From Capsulimonadaceae bacterium (GTDB taxonomy: Bacteria > Armatimonadota > Armatimonadia > Armatimonadales > Capsulimonadaceae): a DNA stretch of 64,000 nucleotides. Within the stretch, counting starts at the first letter, position 1; the number at the start of each line of letters is the position of its first letter. Shown here piece by piece: positions 1 through 10,019 of the stretch. The position numbers and the translations under genes were made by a program. Below the pieces are notes generated by a model. It worked only from the letters and a program-made list of their open reading frames with translations. It searched no databases and was not told the DNA's origin. Location of the stretch: positions 576,001-640,000 of the forward strand of contig OZ244065.1 in assembly GCA_965215505.1 (NCBI GenBank). Reading direction: 5' to 3'.

Positions 1-420
1 GCCCGAGAGCGTCCCGGCGTTCTGCCCGATGCGCTCTTTCAGGCGCGGGAAAAGCGACAGGGCGCGGTCGAAATCTTCACGGATGCCGGCCCGGTCGCGG
101 CGGGTATACGCGCCGAGTTCCAGGTTCTCCCGCACGGACATGTTGGCGAAGACGCGGCGGCCCTCCGGAGAGTGGCCGATGCCCTTCTGAACGATCTTAT
201 CGGCTGAGAGCGCAGTGATCTCGGCTCCCTCGAACACAACGCGCCCCTTGCCGGCCGGGACGAGGCCCGAAATGGCGCGCAATGTCGTACTCTTCCCCGC
301 CCCGTTCGCGCCGATCAGCGTCACGATCTCGCCCGCCTGGATGGTCAGCGAGACGCCTTGCAGCGCGCGGATCGCGCCGTAGGACACTTCCACATTGTCA
401 AGCGTCAGCATGTCCGTCAT
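1..420 (-). CDS. livF: Branched-chain amino acid ABC transporter ATP-binding protein (partial, runs off window)
   Basis: Manual translation from ATG at 420: MTDMLTLDNVEVSYGAIRALQGVSL...GANGAGKST...PEGRRVF...AGTLSG; adjacent to livG. Confidence 0.85.
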   Translation of the reverse strand, partial: MTDMLTLDNVEVSYGAIRALQGVSLTIQAGEIVTLIGANGAGKSTTLRAISGLVPAGKGRVVFEGAEITALSADKIVQKGIGHSPEGRRVFANMSVRENLELGAYTRRDRAGIREDFDRALSLFPRLKERIGQNAGTLSG

Positions 421-422
421 GG

Positions 423-1205
423 TCAGGCCACGCTCGAAGCGGCTTCCGCCTCGCCCAGATACGCCTCAATGACCTTGGGGTTCTCGCGGACCTCGCGCGG
501 CGTCCCCTGCGCGATGATCTGGCCGTAGTCCAGGACGAGGATGCGCCGGCAGATGCCCATGACGACCTTCATGTCGTGTTCGATGAGCAGGATAGTCAGC
601 CCGAAGTCGTCCCGGAGGCTCTCGATCTGGCGCATCAGATCGTTCTTTTCCTGCGGGTTCATCCCCGCCGCCGGCTCGTCCAGGAGCAGCAGCTTCGGCC
701 GCGTCGCCAGCGCGCGGGCGATCTCCAGCCGCCGCTGCTCCCCATAGGCCAGGTTTTTGGCGAATTCTTGTGCATACTTGCCCAGCCCGAAACGGTCCAA
801 GAGCGCCTGGGACTGTTCCTTCACCTCCTGCTCCGCCGAGGCGAACCCACCGCCGCGCCAGATCGCGCCCCAGAGGGAGGGCTTGTAGTGCATGTGCGCG
901 GCGGTACGCACGTTGTCCAGCACGGTCATCGAGGGGAAAAGTCGGATGTTCTGAAAGGTGCGGGAGATGCCTGCGGCGGCGATCTGGTAGGGCTTGTGTC
1001 CGGCGATGGACCGGCCCTGGAACTCGATGGAGCCGCTCGTGGGAGCATATACGCCCGTCAGCAGGTTGAACGCCGTGGTCTTGCCGGCCCCGTTGGGGCC
1101 GATCAGCCCGACCAGCTCGCCCGGCTCCAGTGCCAAGGTGAACTTGTTGACGGCGGTCAACCCGCCAAACTGTTTTGTGCAGTCCTGGACTTCGAGCAGC
1201 GGCAT
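423..1205 (-). CDS. livG: Branched-chain amino acid ABC transporter ATP-binding protein
   Basis: GPNGAGKTT Walker A, RTFQNIRLF, LLLLDEPAAG, IEHDM, VIEAYLG. Confidence 0.9.
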   Translation of the reverse strand: MPLLEVQDCTKQFGGLTAVNKFTLALEPGELVGLIGPNGAGKTTAFNLLTGVYAPTSGSIEFQGRSIAGHKPYQIAAAGISRTFQNIRLFPSMTVLDNVRTAAHMHYKPSLWGAIWRGGGFASAEQEVKEQSQALLDRFGLGKYAQEFAKNLAYGEQRRLEIARALATRPKLLLLDEPAAGMNPQEKNDLMRQIESLRDDFGLTILLIEHDMKVVMGICRRILVLDYGQIIAQGTPREVRENPKVIEAYLGEAEAASSVA

Positions 1206-1360
1206 GGGGCTATGTTACCCGAAATCGGCAGAGGCAGGCAAGGCATTGGCGCTTTTTCTTTTTGCGGGATGCGGGGCGGCGCGACCGGTGCCGCGCCCGT
1301 CCCTTGACAAACGGCGCGCGGGGCCGTTATAATGGGGCAACCTTTCCCGGATGACCCATT

Positions 1361-1843
1361 ATGGCGGTGCCCACACAAGCAACGACAATTCAGCCGCCGC
1401 CGACTCAGTCAACTTCTCAGGGAACTCCGCTGGCCTGGTCGGTTCACCTGCTCCGGCGGCAGCCCCGCCGCGCGGGTCGGCTCGCCCTGGCCCTTGCGGG
1501 CGTGTTCGTCCTGAGCCTGTGCCTGTTCCACTCCTTCTGGCTGGCGCTGCTGCCGGCCGCTGCGGTCCTCCTCTCCCTGTCGGAGTTCGCCTTTCCTGTC
1601 CAGTACACGCTGACGCCGCAGTCGGCAGCGGCGCGGCACGGCCTGACGTCGCTGGAGATCCGCTGGGCGGACGTCCGGCACGCCTACCTCACCGAGGAGG
1701 GCGTGAAACTCAGCCCACTGCGCGCGAAGAACTCCCGGTTCGAGTCGCTCCGGGGCGTCTATCTGCGCTTCGATGAGGACAACCGGGAGGCGGTCATCGC
1801 CGCCGTCCGGCGGTTCCGTCAGGAGGGCGCGGACGGTGCCTAA
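1361..1843 (+). CDS. Hypothetical membrane protein (two TM helices plus small soluble domain)
   Basis: 160-aa ORF with two hydrophobic segments; preceded by TTGACA-N17-TATAAT at about 1304-1333. Confidence 0.65.
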   Translation: MAVPTQATTIQPPPTQSTSQGTPLAWSVHLLRRQPRRAGRLALALAGVFVLSLCLFHSFWLALLPAAAVLLSLSEFAFPVQYTLTPQSAAARHGLTSLEIRWADVRHAYLTEEGVKLSPLRAKNSRFESLRGVYLRFDEDNREAVIAAVRRFRQEGADGA

Positions 1844-2180
1844 CTCTCTGGGCCTGCTGGATTTCGAGTGGGACGCGCCGCTGTCCGAGGCCGACCGCGA
1901 TCGCCTGCTGGAACGGATGGTGGCCGCCGTCCACCGGTGGCGGCTGGAAGTCCCGGCCGTCCTGTTCCTGGAGTCGAGCGCGCCCCTGAGCTACATCGGC
2001 GGGCAGGGGCTGGTCGCTTTCTCGCCCCTGGTCGCCCCGCTGCTTCCGGGCGGCATCGCCGACGTCCAGCGGCTGAGTCAGCTCCTGGCGAACCCGGAGA
2101 ACGTGCGCCGCCTGATTGACCTGCTCAGTGACAGCGCCGAAAAAAAGGAACCGAAGGAACCGAATGCAGCACGCGAGTGA
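1836..2180 (+). CDS. Conserved hypothetical protein
   Basis: GTG start after AGGAGG; PAVLFLESSAPLSYIGGQ segment; overlaps both neighbours. Confidence 0.6.
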   Translation: MPNSLGLLDFEWDAPLSEADRDRLLERMVAAVHRWRLEVPAVLFLESSAPLSYIGGQGLVAFSPLVAPLLPGGIADVQRLSQLLANPENVRRLIDLLSDSAEKKEPKEPNAARE

Positions 2181-2964
2181 CAACTGGTGGGTGAGCGGAA
2201 TCGTCCTGCTGCTGGCCTTGATCATCATTTACAAGGTGACCTCAGCGCAGCGGGGCCGCGTGCCCTACATCCGGCGCATCGCCGGCCTGAACGCCATTGA
2301 CGAGGCCGTGGGCCGCGCGACCGAGATGGGCCGCCCCGTGATGATGGTGCCGGGCATCAGCGGCCTGGACGTGGTGACGCTCCAGGCGCTCTCGATCTTC
2401 GGCTACATCGCCCGCGCCGTCGCCCGGTTCGGCAACAAGAGCATCATCCCGACCATTGACCCCATCGTGACCGGCGTCGCCGAAGAAACCCTTCACGACG
2501 CCTACGCCGACGCGGGGCGGCCGGAGCTATATGACTCGGGCGACGTGCGGTATCTGACCGGCCAGCAGTTCGCCTTCGCCTCGGGCGTGGCGGGCATCCT
2601 CATCCGCGAGCGCGTGGCCGCGTCCTTCCTGTTCGGGGCGTTCTTCGCCGAATCGCTCATCTTCGCCGAGGTCGGCCAGCAGGTCGGGGCGGTGCAGGTG
2701 GCGGGCACGACCGAGACGAACCAGATCCCGTTCTTCATCGCCGCCTGCGATTACGTCATCATCGGCGACGAATTCTACGCGGCCAGCGCGTACCTGTCCC
2801 GTGACCCCACCCTATTGGGGAGCATCGTCGGCCAGGACTATTGCAAACTGCTCCTGCTGGCGATCATCCTGGTGGGGCTGGTCTGCGTCACCCTGCTGAA
2901 CGTGCCCGCCTTTGCACACGCCCCCATCCTGCACTGGGTCGTGGATTTCCTTAAGGTCAAGTAA
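2164..2964 (+). CDS. DUF6754-like membrane protein
   Basis: IRRIAGLNAIDEAVGRATEMGRP and QIPFFIAACDYVIIGDEFYAASAYLS motifs; N- and C-terminal TM helices. Confidence 0.7.
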   Translation: MQHASDNWWVSGIVLLLALIIIYKVTSAQRGRVPYIRRIAGLNAIDEAVGRATEMGRPVMMVPGISGLDVVTLQALSIFGYIARAVARFGNKSIIPTIDPIVTGVAEETLHDAYADAGRPELYDSGDVRYLTGQQFAFASGVAGILIRERVAASFLFGAFFAESLIFAEVGQQVGAVQVAGTTETNQIPFFIAACDYVIIGDEFYAASAYLSRDPTLLGSIVGQDYCKLLLLAIILVGLVCVTLLNVPAFAHAPILHWVVDFLKVK

Positions 2965-2972
2965 CCCCTCCG

Positions 2973-3845
2973 TTGAACACGCTCAAACAATTCTTCGCGC
3001 CGGTCCACGGCCACGGCGGCGCCTACTACGGTAAGCTCGGGCTGGGCCTGCTGATCATGTTCGCGTTCCTAGGTGCCTTGCAGGCCGCGCCGCGCCGGTC
3101 GCGCAAGGGCATCATCGCTTTCTTCACGTTCTTGGGCGGCCTGTTCTTCGCCACGGAGTTCTTCCTGCCGACCGACCCGAAGACGAACCTGAACGCGCTG
3201 ACCCCCTATCAGGACGTGGTCGCGAGCCTCACCGCCGTCGTCGCCTCGTTCGCCATCGGCCTGGGCGTCTTCTCGCTGATGCAGCTCCACACGCGCACCG
3301 TCGCCCGCGCCCGGCCCGGCTGGGGCTACAGCGTCGTCCTGATCGTCTCGTTCCTGCTGATGTTCTCGTTCGGTCTCCTGAACGCCTACAGCCCGAAGAC
3401 GAGGATCATCCCGGCCGTCCCCGGCGCGTGGGCGAGTCAGAACGCGCACGGTATGTTCCAGCTCCTGTTCAAAGGCGGGCTGAACAGCCTGACGTCGGCG
3501 ACCTTCGCCATGATCGCGTTCTACATCGCCTCCGCCGCCTACCGCGCCTTCCGCATCCGGTCGCTGGAGGCGACGCTGCTGATGGTCGCCGCGCTGATCG
3601 TCATGGTCGGCTCGGTCTCCTTCGGGACGGCGATCACGTCCGGCATCCAGCCGACGCTCGCCGACGGCTCGGAGAACCCCTGGGCAAACCTGCGGATCGA
3701 GCGCATCGCCCAATGGCTGCTGATGGAGATCAACACCCCCGCCCAGCGCGGAATCCTGTTCGGGCTGAACCTCGGGCTGCTGGCGACTTCCCTGCGTTAC
3801 TGGCTGAGTTTGGAGCGGGGGGCGTACTTCGACAAAGAACTATGA
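2973..3845 (+). CDS. Uncharacterised polytopic membrane protein
   Basis: About 7 hydrophobic helices; YIASAAYRAFRIRS motif. Confidence 0.75.
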   Translation: MNTLKQFFAPVHGHGGAYYGKLGLGLLIMFAFLGALQAAPRRSRKGIIAFFTFLGGLFFATEFFLPTDPKTNLNALTPYQDVVASLTAVVASFAIGLGVFSLMQLHTRTVARARPGWGYSVVLIVSFLLMFSFGLLNAYSPKTRIIPAVPGAWASQNAHGMFQLLFKGGLNSLTSATFAMIAFYIASAAYRAFRIRSLEATLLMVAALIVMVGSVSFGTAITSGIQPTLADGSENPWANLRIERIAQWLLMEINTPAQRGILFGLNLGLLATSLRYWLSLERGAYFDKEL

Positions 3846-4717
3846 ACACTACTTTTTGGGACCGCCTACAGTCCATTGACCGGCGCATCATCTACGCCAT
3901 CCTGCTGGGCGTCATCCTGATTCCCCTGTTCTTCCCGATCACGCTGCCGACCTTCCCGAGCCAGCAGTCGCAGGACTTCTATGACACGGTCGAACGTGTC
4001 GCCAAAGAGAGTCCGAACAAGATGGTGATCCTCGACGGCTGGTGGTCGCCCAGCACGCGCGGCGAGAACCAGTGGGAGGCGCAGGCGGTCGTGACGCACC
4101 TGATGAAGCGACACCTGCACTTCGCCATCCTGTCGTTCGACACGCAGAACAACACGGTCACGCAGACGCAGGTGGTGGAGCCTCTGGCCCAGCGCTACGG
4201 CTATGTCTACGGCCGGGACTATGTGAACTGGGGGTTCCGGCCCTCGCCGAGTTATGAAGCCACCCTTAAAGGGCTGGTGACCGACATCCCGCACACGCTG
4301 AAGAAAGACTACAAGGGGACGCCGCTCGACCAGATCCCGGTGATGAAGGGGATCAAGACGCGCGACGACATCGGCGCGGTGGTCGAGGTCACCCCGAGCG
4401 GGACGGCGGAGAAGTGGCTAGGTCTGTTCGAGCAGAACAACAACCCCCCATTCCTGTTCGCCCCGACCGCCGTCATGGCCCCCACCTATTACCCCTATCT
4501 GGACACCAAGCAGATCGCCGGGATGCTGACCGGCATCAAGGGCGCGGGCGACTATGAGGGGCTGCTGATCAATGCGAAGATCCTGGACAAACCGAGCTTC
4601 GGCACGCGGGCGGCGGGCGCGCTCTCGCTCGTCTACGCGCTGATCATCCTGCTGATCATCCTGGGCAACATCGGCTATTATGCCGGACGGGCCGCGCAGC
4701 GGAGGGGCGAGCGATGA
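3842..4717 (+). CDS. Uncharacterised membrane-anchored extracytoplasmic protein
   Basis: ATGA overlap with the upstream stop; N- and C-terminal TM helices flank a soluble domain (YGRDYVNWGF). Confidence 0.75.
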   Translation: MNTTFWDRLQSIDRRIIYAILLGVILIPLFFPITLPTFPSQQSQDFYDTVERVAKESPNKMVILDGWWSPSTRGENQWEAQAVVTHLMKRHLHFAILSFDTQNNTVTQTQVVEPLAQRYGYVYGRDYVNWGFRPSPSYEATLKGLVTDIPHTLKKDYKGTPLDQIPVMKGIKTRDDIGAVVEVTPSGTAEKWLGLFEQNNNPPFLFAPTAVMAPTYYPYLDTKQIAGMLTGIKGAGDYEGLLINAKILDKPSFGTRAAGALSLVYALIILLIILGNIGYYAGRAAQRRGER

Positions 4718-5406
4718 GCCTCCTGGAACACCTCCGGTACTTCTTCAACCCCATCCTGCTCTTCGGCGCGCTGGGGACGATGGCGATCCTCTCGCTGGTC
4801 TTCAAGGAGAACCGCTTCTACCGGCTGTTTGAACACATCTTCCTGGGACTCGCGCTGGGCTATGACCTGGAGTTCACCTGGACGACGGTCTTGAGGCCGC
4901 AGTGGTGGGACCCCATGACTCAGGAAGGCCAGTGGGCCTGGATCATGGTCCTGCCGGTCGGCCTGATGTTCTACGGCGTCTACACCCAGCGGTTCGCGTG
5001 GATGAGCCGGGTGATCTTCGGCATCTTCTTCGGGGTGGCGGCCGGGACCATCTTCCAGGACTTCAGCGCCCGCGTCATGCCCCAGGTGACGCGGTCGTTC
5101 TCACCGGGCAAGTCCCTGATCCCCCCGCCACCCAAGCCCGGCGACCCGCATGCATTCCTGCACCAGATGTCGTTCGTCCTGAACAACGCCCTGTTCCTGG
5201 CGATCGTCGTCTCGGTGCTGGTCTACTTCCTGTTCGCCTTCGAGCAAAGAAATAGGGCCGTCCGAGGGACGGCCCAGTTCGGGCGGTGGGTGCTGATGTT
5301 CGCGTTCGGCGCGATCTTCGGCTCGACGATCATGACGCGCATGGCCCTGCTCATCGACCGGATGTACTTCCTGTTCCACGACTGGCTGCACCTGGTCAAA
5401 GGCTGA
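4714..5406 (+). CDS. Uncharacterised polytopic membrane protein
   Basis: About 6 TM helices; ENRFYRLFEHIFLG motif; ATGA overlap. Confidence 0.75.
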   Translation: MSLLEHLRYFFNPILLFGALGTMAILSLVFKENRFYRLFEHIFLGLALGYDLEFTWTTVLRPQWWDPMTQEGQWAWIMVLPVGLMFYGVYTQRFAWMSRVIFGIFFGVAAGTIFQDFSARVMPQVTRSFSPGKSLIPPPPKPGDPHAFLHQMSFVLNNALFLAIVVSVLVYFLFAFEQRNRAVRGTAQFGRWVLMFAFGAIFGSTIMTRMALLIDRMYFLFHDWLHLVKG

Positions 5407-5413
5407 GGCCGTC

Positions 5414-5812
5414 TCAGACGCCGAGCTGGTCCGGGCGCGAAGGGGACTGCGGGCGCAGGCGGGCCTGGCGCTGGGCCAGACGCAGGTCGCGGCCGGCCTG
5501 GAAGCCGCTCCACCAGTTCCGGCAGCCCTCCGCCACCGTCTGCCAGCGCGAGCGCGGGCGCGGCAGCCCGAAGTCGCCCAGCTTCCGCATCTTCCGCGCG
5601 GTCACATGCTCCAAACGGACCTCCTCGTACCGCGTTTCCAGGCGCTGCCAGGCAAGGGCGACAGTGCGCTCATCCCGGCTGAATTCGCCGCTCCAGCCGC
5701 AGGTCCAGCACTCGGCGTTTTCCTGGTGGTTGAGCGTGCCGCAGAGGGCGCAAAGCTTGACCGCTTCTTTGGAGACTTTATTGGGGAGTTTGTTAAAGAC
5801 TTTGCCGACCAT
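5414..5812 (-). CDS. Hypothetical protein with N-terminal zinc ribbon
   Basis: CALCG...CWTCG motif; AAGGAAG RBS. Confidence 0.6.
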   Translation of the reverse strand: MVGKVFNKLPNKVSKEAVKLCALCGTLNHQENAECWTCGWSGEFSRDERTVALAWQRLETRYEEVRLEHVTARKMRKLGDFGLPRPRSRWQTVAEGCRNWWSGFQAGRDLRLAQRQARLRPQSPSRPDQLGV

Positions 5813-6097
5813 GTTGACTTCCTTCTAAGCAGCGGGCACGTCCGCCTTTGGCCGTGCCGCTGGTTCGCTTATACCCGCTTTGCCGCGAAATGCTTCCGTA
5901 TTTTTACCGGGCCTGGCCTGGCCTCGCCCGCGCGTTGTCCTGGCGATATTATTGCCTGCCTGCGCCGGTTTCTGTAGGTCCAGACTCCCCCCGTTTCCTT
6001 CTGCTTGACTTTTGGCCGTCAAAGGAAGTATACTGTCCCGCGTGTCTCCCGGTTGAGCCAAATACACGCCCCTTTTGATTCATTAATCTACTAAGCG

Positions 6098-7513
6098 ATG
6101 TTTGATAGTCTCGCGGACAAACTACAGGAAGTCTTCAAGCGGCTTAACTCCAAAGGCTCCTTGAACGAGGGGGACGTGGCCGAGGCCCTGCGCGAAGTGC
6201 GCCTGGGGCTTTTGGAAGCGGACGTCAACTTCAAGGTCGTCAAGGACTTCGTCGCCCGCATCCGCGAGCGCGCGGTGGGCGTCGAGATCCTTGAGGGCCT
6301 GCACCCGGCCCAGCAGGTCATCAAGATCGTGGACGAGGAGCTGACTGCCCTGCTCGGCGGGGAGCAGGCGCCGCTCACGTTCGCAAGCCGGCCGCCGACG
6401 GTCATCATGCTCTGCGGCCTGCAAGGGGCGGGCAAGACGACCCACGCCGGCAAGCTGGCCCTGATGCTCCGCAAGCAGGGCAGGAACCCGATGCTGGTGG
6501 CCGCCGACATCTACCGCCCCGCCGCCATCAAGCAGCTCCAGGTCGTGGGCGAGCAGGTCAAGACGCCGGTCTTCACGCTGGACGGGGCCAAGCCCGAGGT
6601 CATCGCGCGCCAGGGCGTCGCCGAGGCGGACCGCAAGGGCCACGACGTCGTGATCCTGGATTCGGCGGGCCGTCTCCAGATTGACGAGTCCTTGATGCAG
6701 GAGCTTCAGCGCATCAAGGCGACCGTCGCGCCACACGAGATTCTGCTGGTCGTGGATGCCATGACCGGACAGGAGGCCGTCAACGTCGCACAGGGCTTCA
6801 ACGAGGCCCTGGATGTAACGGGCTTCATCCTGACCAAGCTCGACGGCGACACGCGCGGCGGGGCCGCCCTCTCCATCAAGAGCGTCGCGGGCCGCCCGAT
6901 CAAGTTCGTCGGCGTCGGCGAGAAGATGGACGCGCTCGAAGTCTTCCACCCGGACCGGATGGCGTCGCGCATCCTGGGCATGGGCGATGTCCTGACCCTG
7001 ATCGAGCGGGCCGAGGGCGCGCTGGACCAGAAGAAGGCCATCGAGTTCGAGAAGAAGCTGCGGGCCAACAAGTTCGACTTCGAGGACTATCTGGAGCAGA
7101 TGCGGCAGATGCGGAAGATGGGGCCGCTCGACCAGATCCTCAAGATGATCCCCGGCCTGGGCGGCGCGGGTGCCCTGAAAGACCTCGCCATTGACGAGAG
7201 CCACCTCGCCCACATCGAGGCGATGATCCTGTCTATGACCATGCAGGAGCGCCGCGACCCGGCCCTGATCAACGGCAGCCGCCGCCGCCGGATCGCGAAC
7301 GGCAGCGGGCGCACCATCCAGGACGTCAACCGGCTGCTGACGCAGTTCGAGCAGATGAAAAAGATGATGCGCGGCCTGACCGGCATGGACTCGGGCGGGA
7401 TGCCCTCCCTGCCGGGAATGGGCGGCAAGCACAGCGGGAGCAACAAGACGGCCTCCAAGAAGAACAAGCGGAAGCCGCCGCCCGGCTTCAAGCTGCCATT
7501 CGGGCGTCGCTGA
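6098..7513 (+). CDS. ffh: Signal recognition particle protein
   Basis: GLQGAGKTT, DSAGR, TKLDGD; Met-rich M domain. Confidence 0.97.
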   Translation: MFDSLADKLQEVFKRLNSKGSLNEGDVAEALREVRLGLLEADVNFKVVKDFVARIRERAVGVEILEGLHPAQQVIKIVDEELTALLGGEQAPLTFASRPPTVIMLCGLQGAGKTTHAGKLALMLRKQGRNPMLVAADIYRPAAIKQLQVVGEQVKTPVFTLDGAKPEVIARQGVAEADRKGHDVVILDSAGRLQIDESLMQELQRIKATVAPHEILLVVDAMTGQEAVNVAQGFNEALDVTGFILTKLDGDTRGGAALSIKSVAGRPIKFVGVGEKMDALEVFHPDRMASRILGMGDVLTLIERAEGALDQKKAIEFEKKLRANKFDFEDYLEQMRQMRKMGPLDQILKMIPGLGGAGALKDLAIDESHLAHIEAMILSMTMQERRDPALINGSRRRRIANGSGRTIQDVNRLLTQFEQMKKMMRGLTGMDSGGMPSLPGMGGKHSGSNKTASKKNKRKPPPGFKLPFGRR

Positions 7514-7556
7514 CCCACCAGAGTAACCACTGAAACACTTAAGAAAGGAGTAACAC

Positions 7557-7838
7557 ATGTCCGTTAAAATACGACTGCGCCGCATGGGCGCCAAGAAGCG
7601 CCCGTTCTACCGCCTCGTCGTCGCCGACAGCCGCCGCGCCCGTGACGGCCGCTTCATCGAGACTCTGGGGTACTATAACCCCTGTGTCGAGCCGATCGAG
7701 CTGAAGATCGACGCCGACCGCGCCGCCTACTGGCTCGGCGTCGGCGCACAGCCGTCCGACACCGTCCAGGCGCTGCTGAAGAAGCAGGGCGTCCCCGCGC
7801 CGGGCGAGACGCCGACCGAAGCCGCCCCGGCGGCCTAA
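7557..7838 (+). CDS. rpsP: 30S ribosomal protein S16
   Basis: [24 protein letters not shown]...GAQPSDTV. Confidence 0.97.
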   Translation: MSVKIRLRRMGAKKRPFYRLVVADSRRARDGRFIETLGYYNPCVEPIELKIDADRAAYWLGVGAQPSDTVQALLKKQGVPAPGETPTEAAPAA

Positions 7839-7935
7839 ACCCAAACCAAAACAGCAAGGCCCCTGCCGGTTTCTCGTCACCGTCTGAGAATCAGCAGGGT
7901 ATGACGGCAGGGGAAAAACGAGGAGTTTTAGCACG

Positions 7936-8166
7936 TTGAAACCCATGATAGAGTATCTCGTCAAGGAACTAGTGGATGAACCCGAACATGTGACCGTGAC
8001 GGAAGTGCCGGGCGAAGAGTCAACGACCTACGAGGTCCACGTCGCCCCCGGCGATCTGGGCAAGGTCATCGGCAAGCAGGGCCGCATCGCGAACGCCCTG
8101 CGGACCGTCACCAAGGCGATCGCGATGAAGGACAAGAAAAAGGTCTACGTCGAGATCGTCGCCTGA
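7936..8166 (+). CDS. khpA: KH-domain RNA-binding protein
   Basis: DLGKVIGKQGR; position between rpsP and rimM. Confidence 0.9.
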   Translation: MKPMIEYLVKELVDEPEHVTVTEVPGEESTTYEVHVAPGDLGKVIGKQGRIANALRTVTKAIAMKDKKKVYVEIVA

Positions 8167-8173
8167 ACACGCC

Positions 8174-8773
8174 ATGCCTGATTCGGTTTCGGAAACAGAC
8201 GACTACTCGGTGATCGCGGCGGAGGTTGCTGGGGCGCACGGCGTCAGCGGCAGCCTTCGACTCCGCCTCGTCGGCTCCTCCTCCCATGAGGCGTCCTCGG
8301 ACGCCGCCGCCCGCTCCCTCAAGGTGGGCCGCCCGGTGCGGCTCGTGCGGGGGGGGGACGGCTTCCAAAAAGATTTGACATTGACGGGCCTGCGCCGCCA
8401 GCCGAAAGGCGTCTGGATCGGCCACTTCAAAGAGGTGACCGACCGGACCGGGGCCGAGGCCTTCATCGGCTGCTCCGTGCTGATCCGCGAGTCGGAGCGC
8501 GCCGCCCTGCCCGACGGCGAATATTATGTTGACCAGCTCCTGGGCATGGATGTCGTGACCGACGCCGCCCGGCCCCTCGGCAAGTTGTCCGACGTACTGG
8601 TGACGCCCGCGCACGACGTTTACGTCACGGACGCCGGGGCGATGATCCCCGTCGCCGGGGACTTCATCGTCAGCGTCAGCCTGGAGGAACACAAGATCGT
8701 CGTGCGCGACGTGCCCGGCCTCATTGACGACGGCAAGGACGATCCGAAAGACAAGCCTGCCGCCGCGCCATGA
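8174..8773 (+). CDS. rimM: Ribosome maturation factor RimM
   Basis: GAHGVSG, LPDGEYYVDQLLG; synteny. Confidence 0.9.
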   Translation: MPDSVSETDDYSVIAAEVAGAHGVSGSLRLRLVGSSSHEASSDAAARSLKVGRPVRLVRGGDGFQKDLTLTGLRRQPKGVWIGHFKEVTDRTGAEAFIGCSVLIRESERAALPDGEYYVDQLLGMDVVTDAARPLGKLSDVLVTPAHDVYVTDAGAMIPVAGDFIVSVSLEEHKIVVRDVPGLIDDGKDDPKDKPAAAP

Positions 8774-9564
8774 GGATAGACGTCGTCACGATCTTCCCCG
8801 ACATGATCCGCGCCGTGCTGGGCTTCAGCATCGTCAAGCGGGCGCGCGAGGCCAATGCCGTTGACATCCAGGTCCACGACCTGCGCGACTGGGCGCCGGG
8901 CGTCCACCGCAGCACGGACGACACGCCCTACGGCGGCGGGGCGGGAATGGTCATGCGGCCCGGCCCGATCTTCGACTGCGTGGAGAGCCTGCCGCGCGTC
9001 CCCGAAACGCGGGTCGCCCTGATGACGCCGCAGGGGCAGACCTTCACTCAGGAGAAGGCGCGTGCGCTGGCGCTCTGCCCGCATCTGGTCCTGATCTGCG
9101 GGCACTATGAGGGCTTCGACGAGCGCGTGCGGGAACACCTGGTGACCGAGGAGATCTCGGTCGGGGATTACGTCCTGACCGGCGGCGAGCTTCCCGCCCT
9201 CCTCGTCATTGATGCCGTGACGCGCCTCCAGCCCGGCGTACTCGGGAACGCCGACTCCGCCGAGGATGACACGTTCTCCGAAGGTTTATTAGAGTACCCG
9301 CACTATACGCGCCCGCCCGAGTATCGGGGCTGGCGCGTTCCCGATGTCCTGCTCTCCGGCCACCACGCCGAGATCGCTAAATGGCGACGCAAGGAGCGGT
9401 TCCGCCGCACGCAGTCGCGTCGGCCCGACCTCTGGGCGGAATTTGTCCCGTCCAAGTCCGACCTCAAGCTGCTCAAACAGCTTGCAGAAGAAACACCGTC
9501 CCCTCCGCCGGAGGGAGGCGACGAGGAGAGTCCCGTTCATGCATCCTTTGATTCAAGAGATTGA
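8770..9564 (+). CDS. trmD: tRNA (guanine37-N1)-methyltransferase
   Basis: [32 protein letters not shown]. Confidence 0.97.
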   Translation: MRIDVVTIFPDMIRAVLGFSIVKRAREANAVDIQVHDLRDWAPGVHRSTDDTPYGGGAGMVMRPGPIFDCVESLPRVPETRVALMTPQGQTFTQEKARALALCPHLVLICGHYEGFDERVREHLVTEEISVGDYVLTGGELPALLVIDAVTRLQPGVLGNADSAEDDTFSEGLLEYPHYTRPPEYRGWRVPDVLLSGHHAEIAKWRRKERFRRTQSRRPDLWAEFVPSKSDLKLLKQLAEETPSPPPEGGDEESPVHASFDSRD

Positions 9565-9889
9565 AAAAGCCCAGCGCAAAGAGACCGTCCCCGACTTCGG
9601 GCCGGGCGACACCGTCCGCGTCCACGTCAAGGTCGTCGAGGGCGGCAAAGAGCGCGTCCAGATTTTCGAAGGCACGGTCATCTTCCGCAAGAAGGGCCTG
9701 TCCCGGTCCGCCTTCATGGTCCGCAAGATCAGCAACGGCTACGGCGTCGAGCGGACCTTCCTGCTCCACTCGCCCCGCGTTGACAAGATCGAGGTGACCC
9801 GGCGCGGCCTGGTGCGCCGCGCCAAGCTGTTCTACCTCCGCAAGAAGGTCGGCAAGGCCGCGCGCATCAAGGAGAAGCGGAGCTTCTAG
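9539..9889 (+). CDS. rplS: 50S ribosomal protein L19
   Basis: [15 protein letters not shown]...[13 protein letters not shown] at 9539 after GAGGAG. Confidence 0.95.
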   Translation: MHPLIQEIEKAQRKETVPDFGPGDTVRVHVKVVEGGKERVQIFEGTVIFRKKGLSRSAFMVRKISNGYGVERTFLLHSPRVDKIEVTRRGLVRRAKLFYLRKKVGKAARIKEKRSF

Positions 9890-10019
9890 GGCCGTCGGCC
9901 TCTAGATCCATGGAACTTCTCGGCCACCGTCCGCGTAAGCAAAGTCGCCAGACATCCTGGCGGCTTTGTTTTTGTGTCCCGTCCGCTGCCCTGACCCTCC
10001 TGCTTTCTGAGAACAATCC

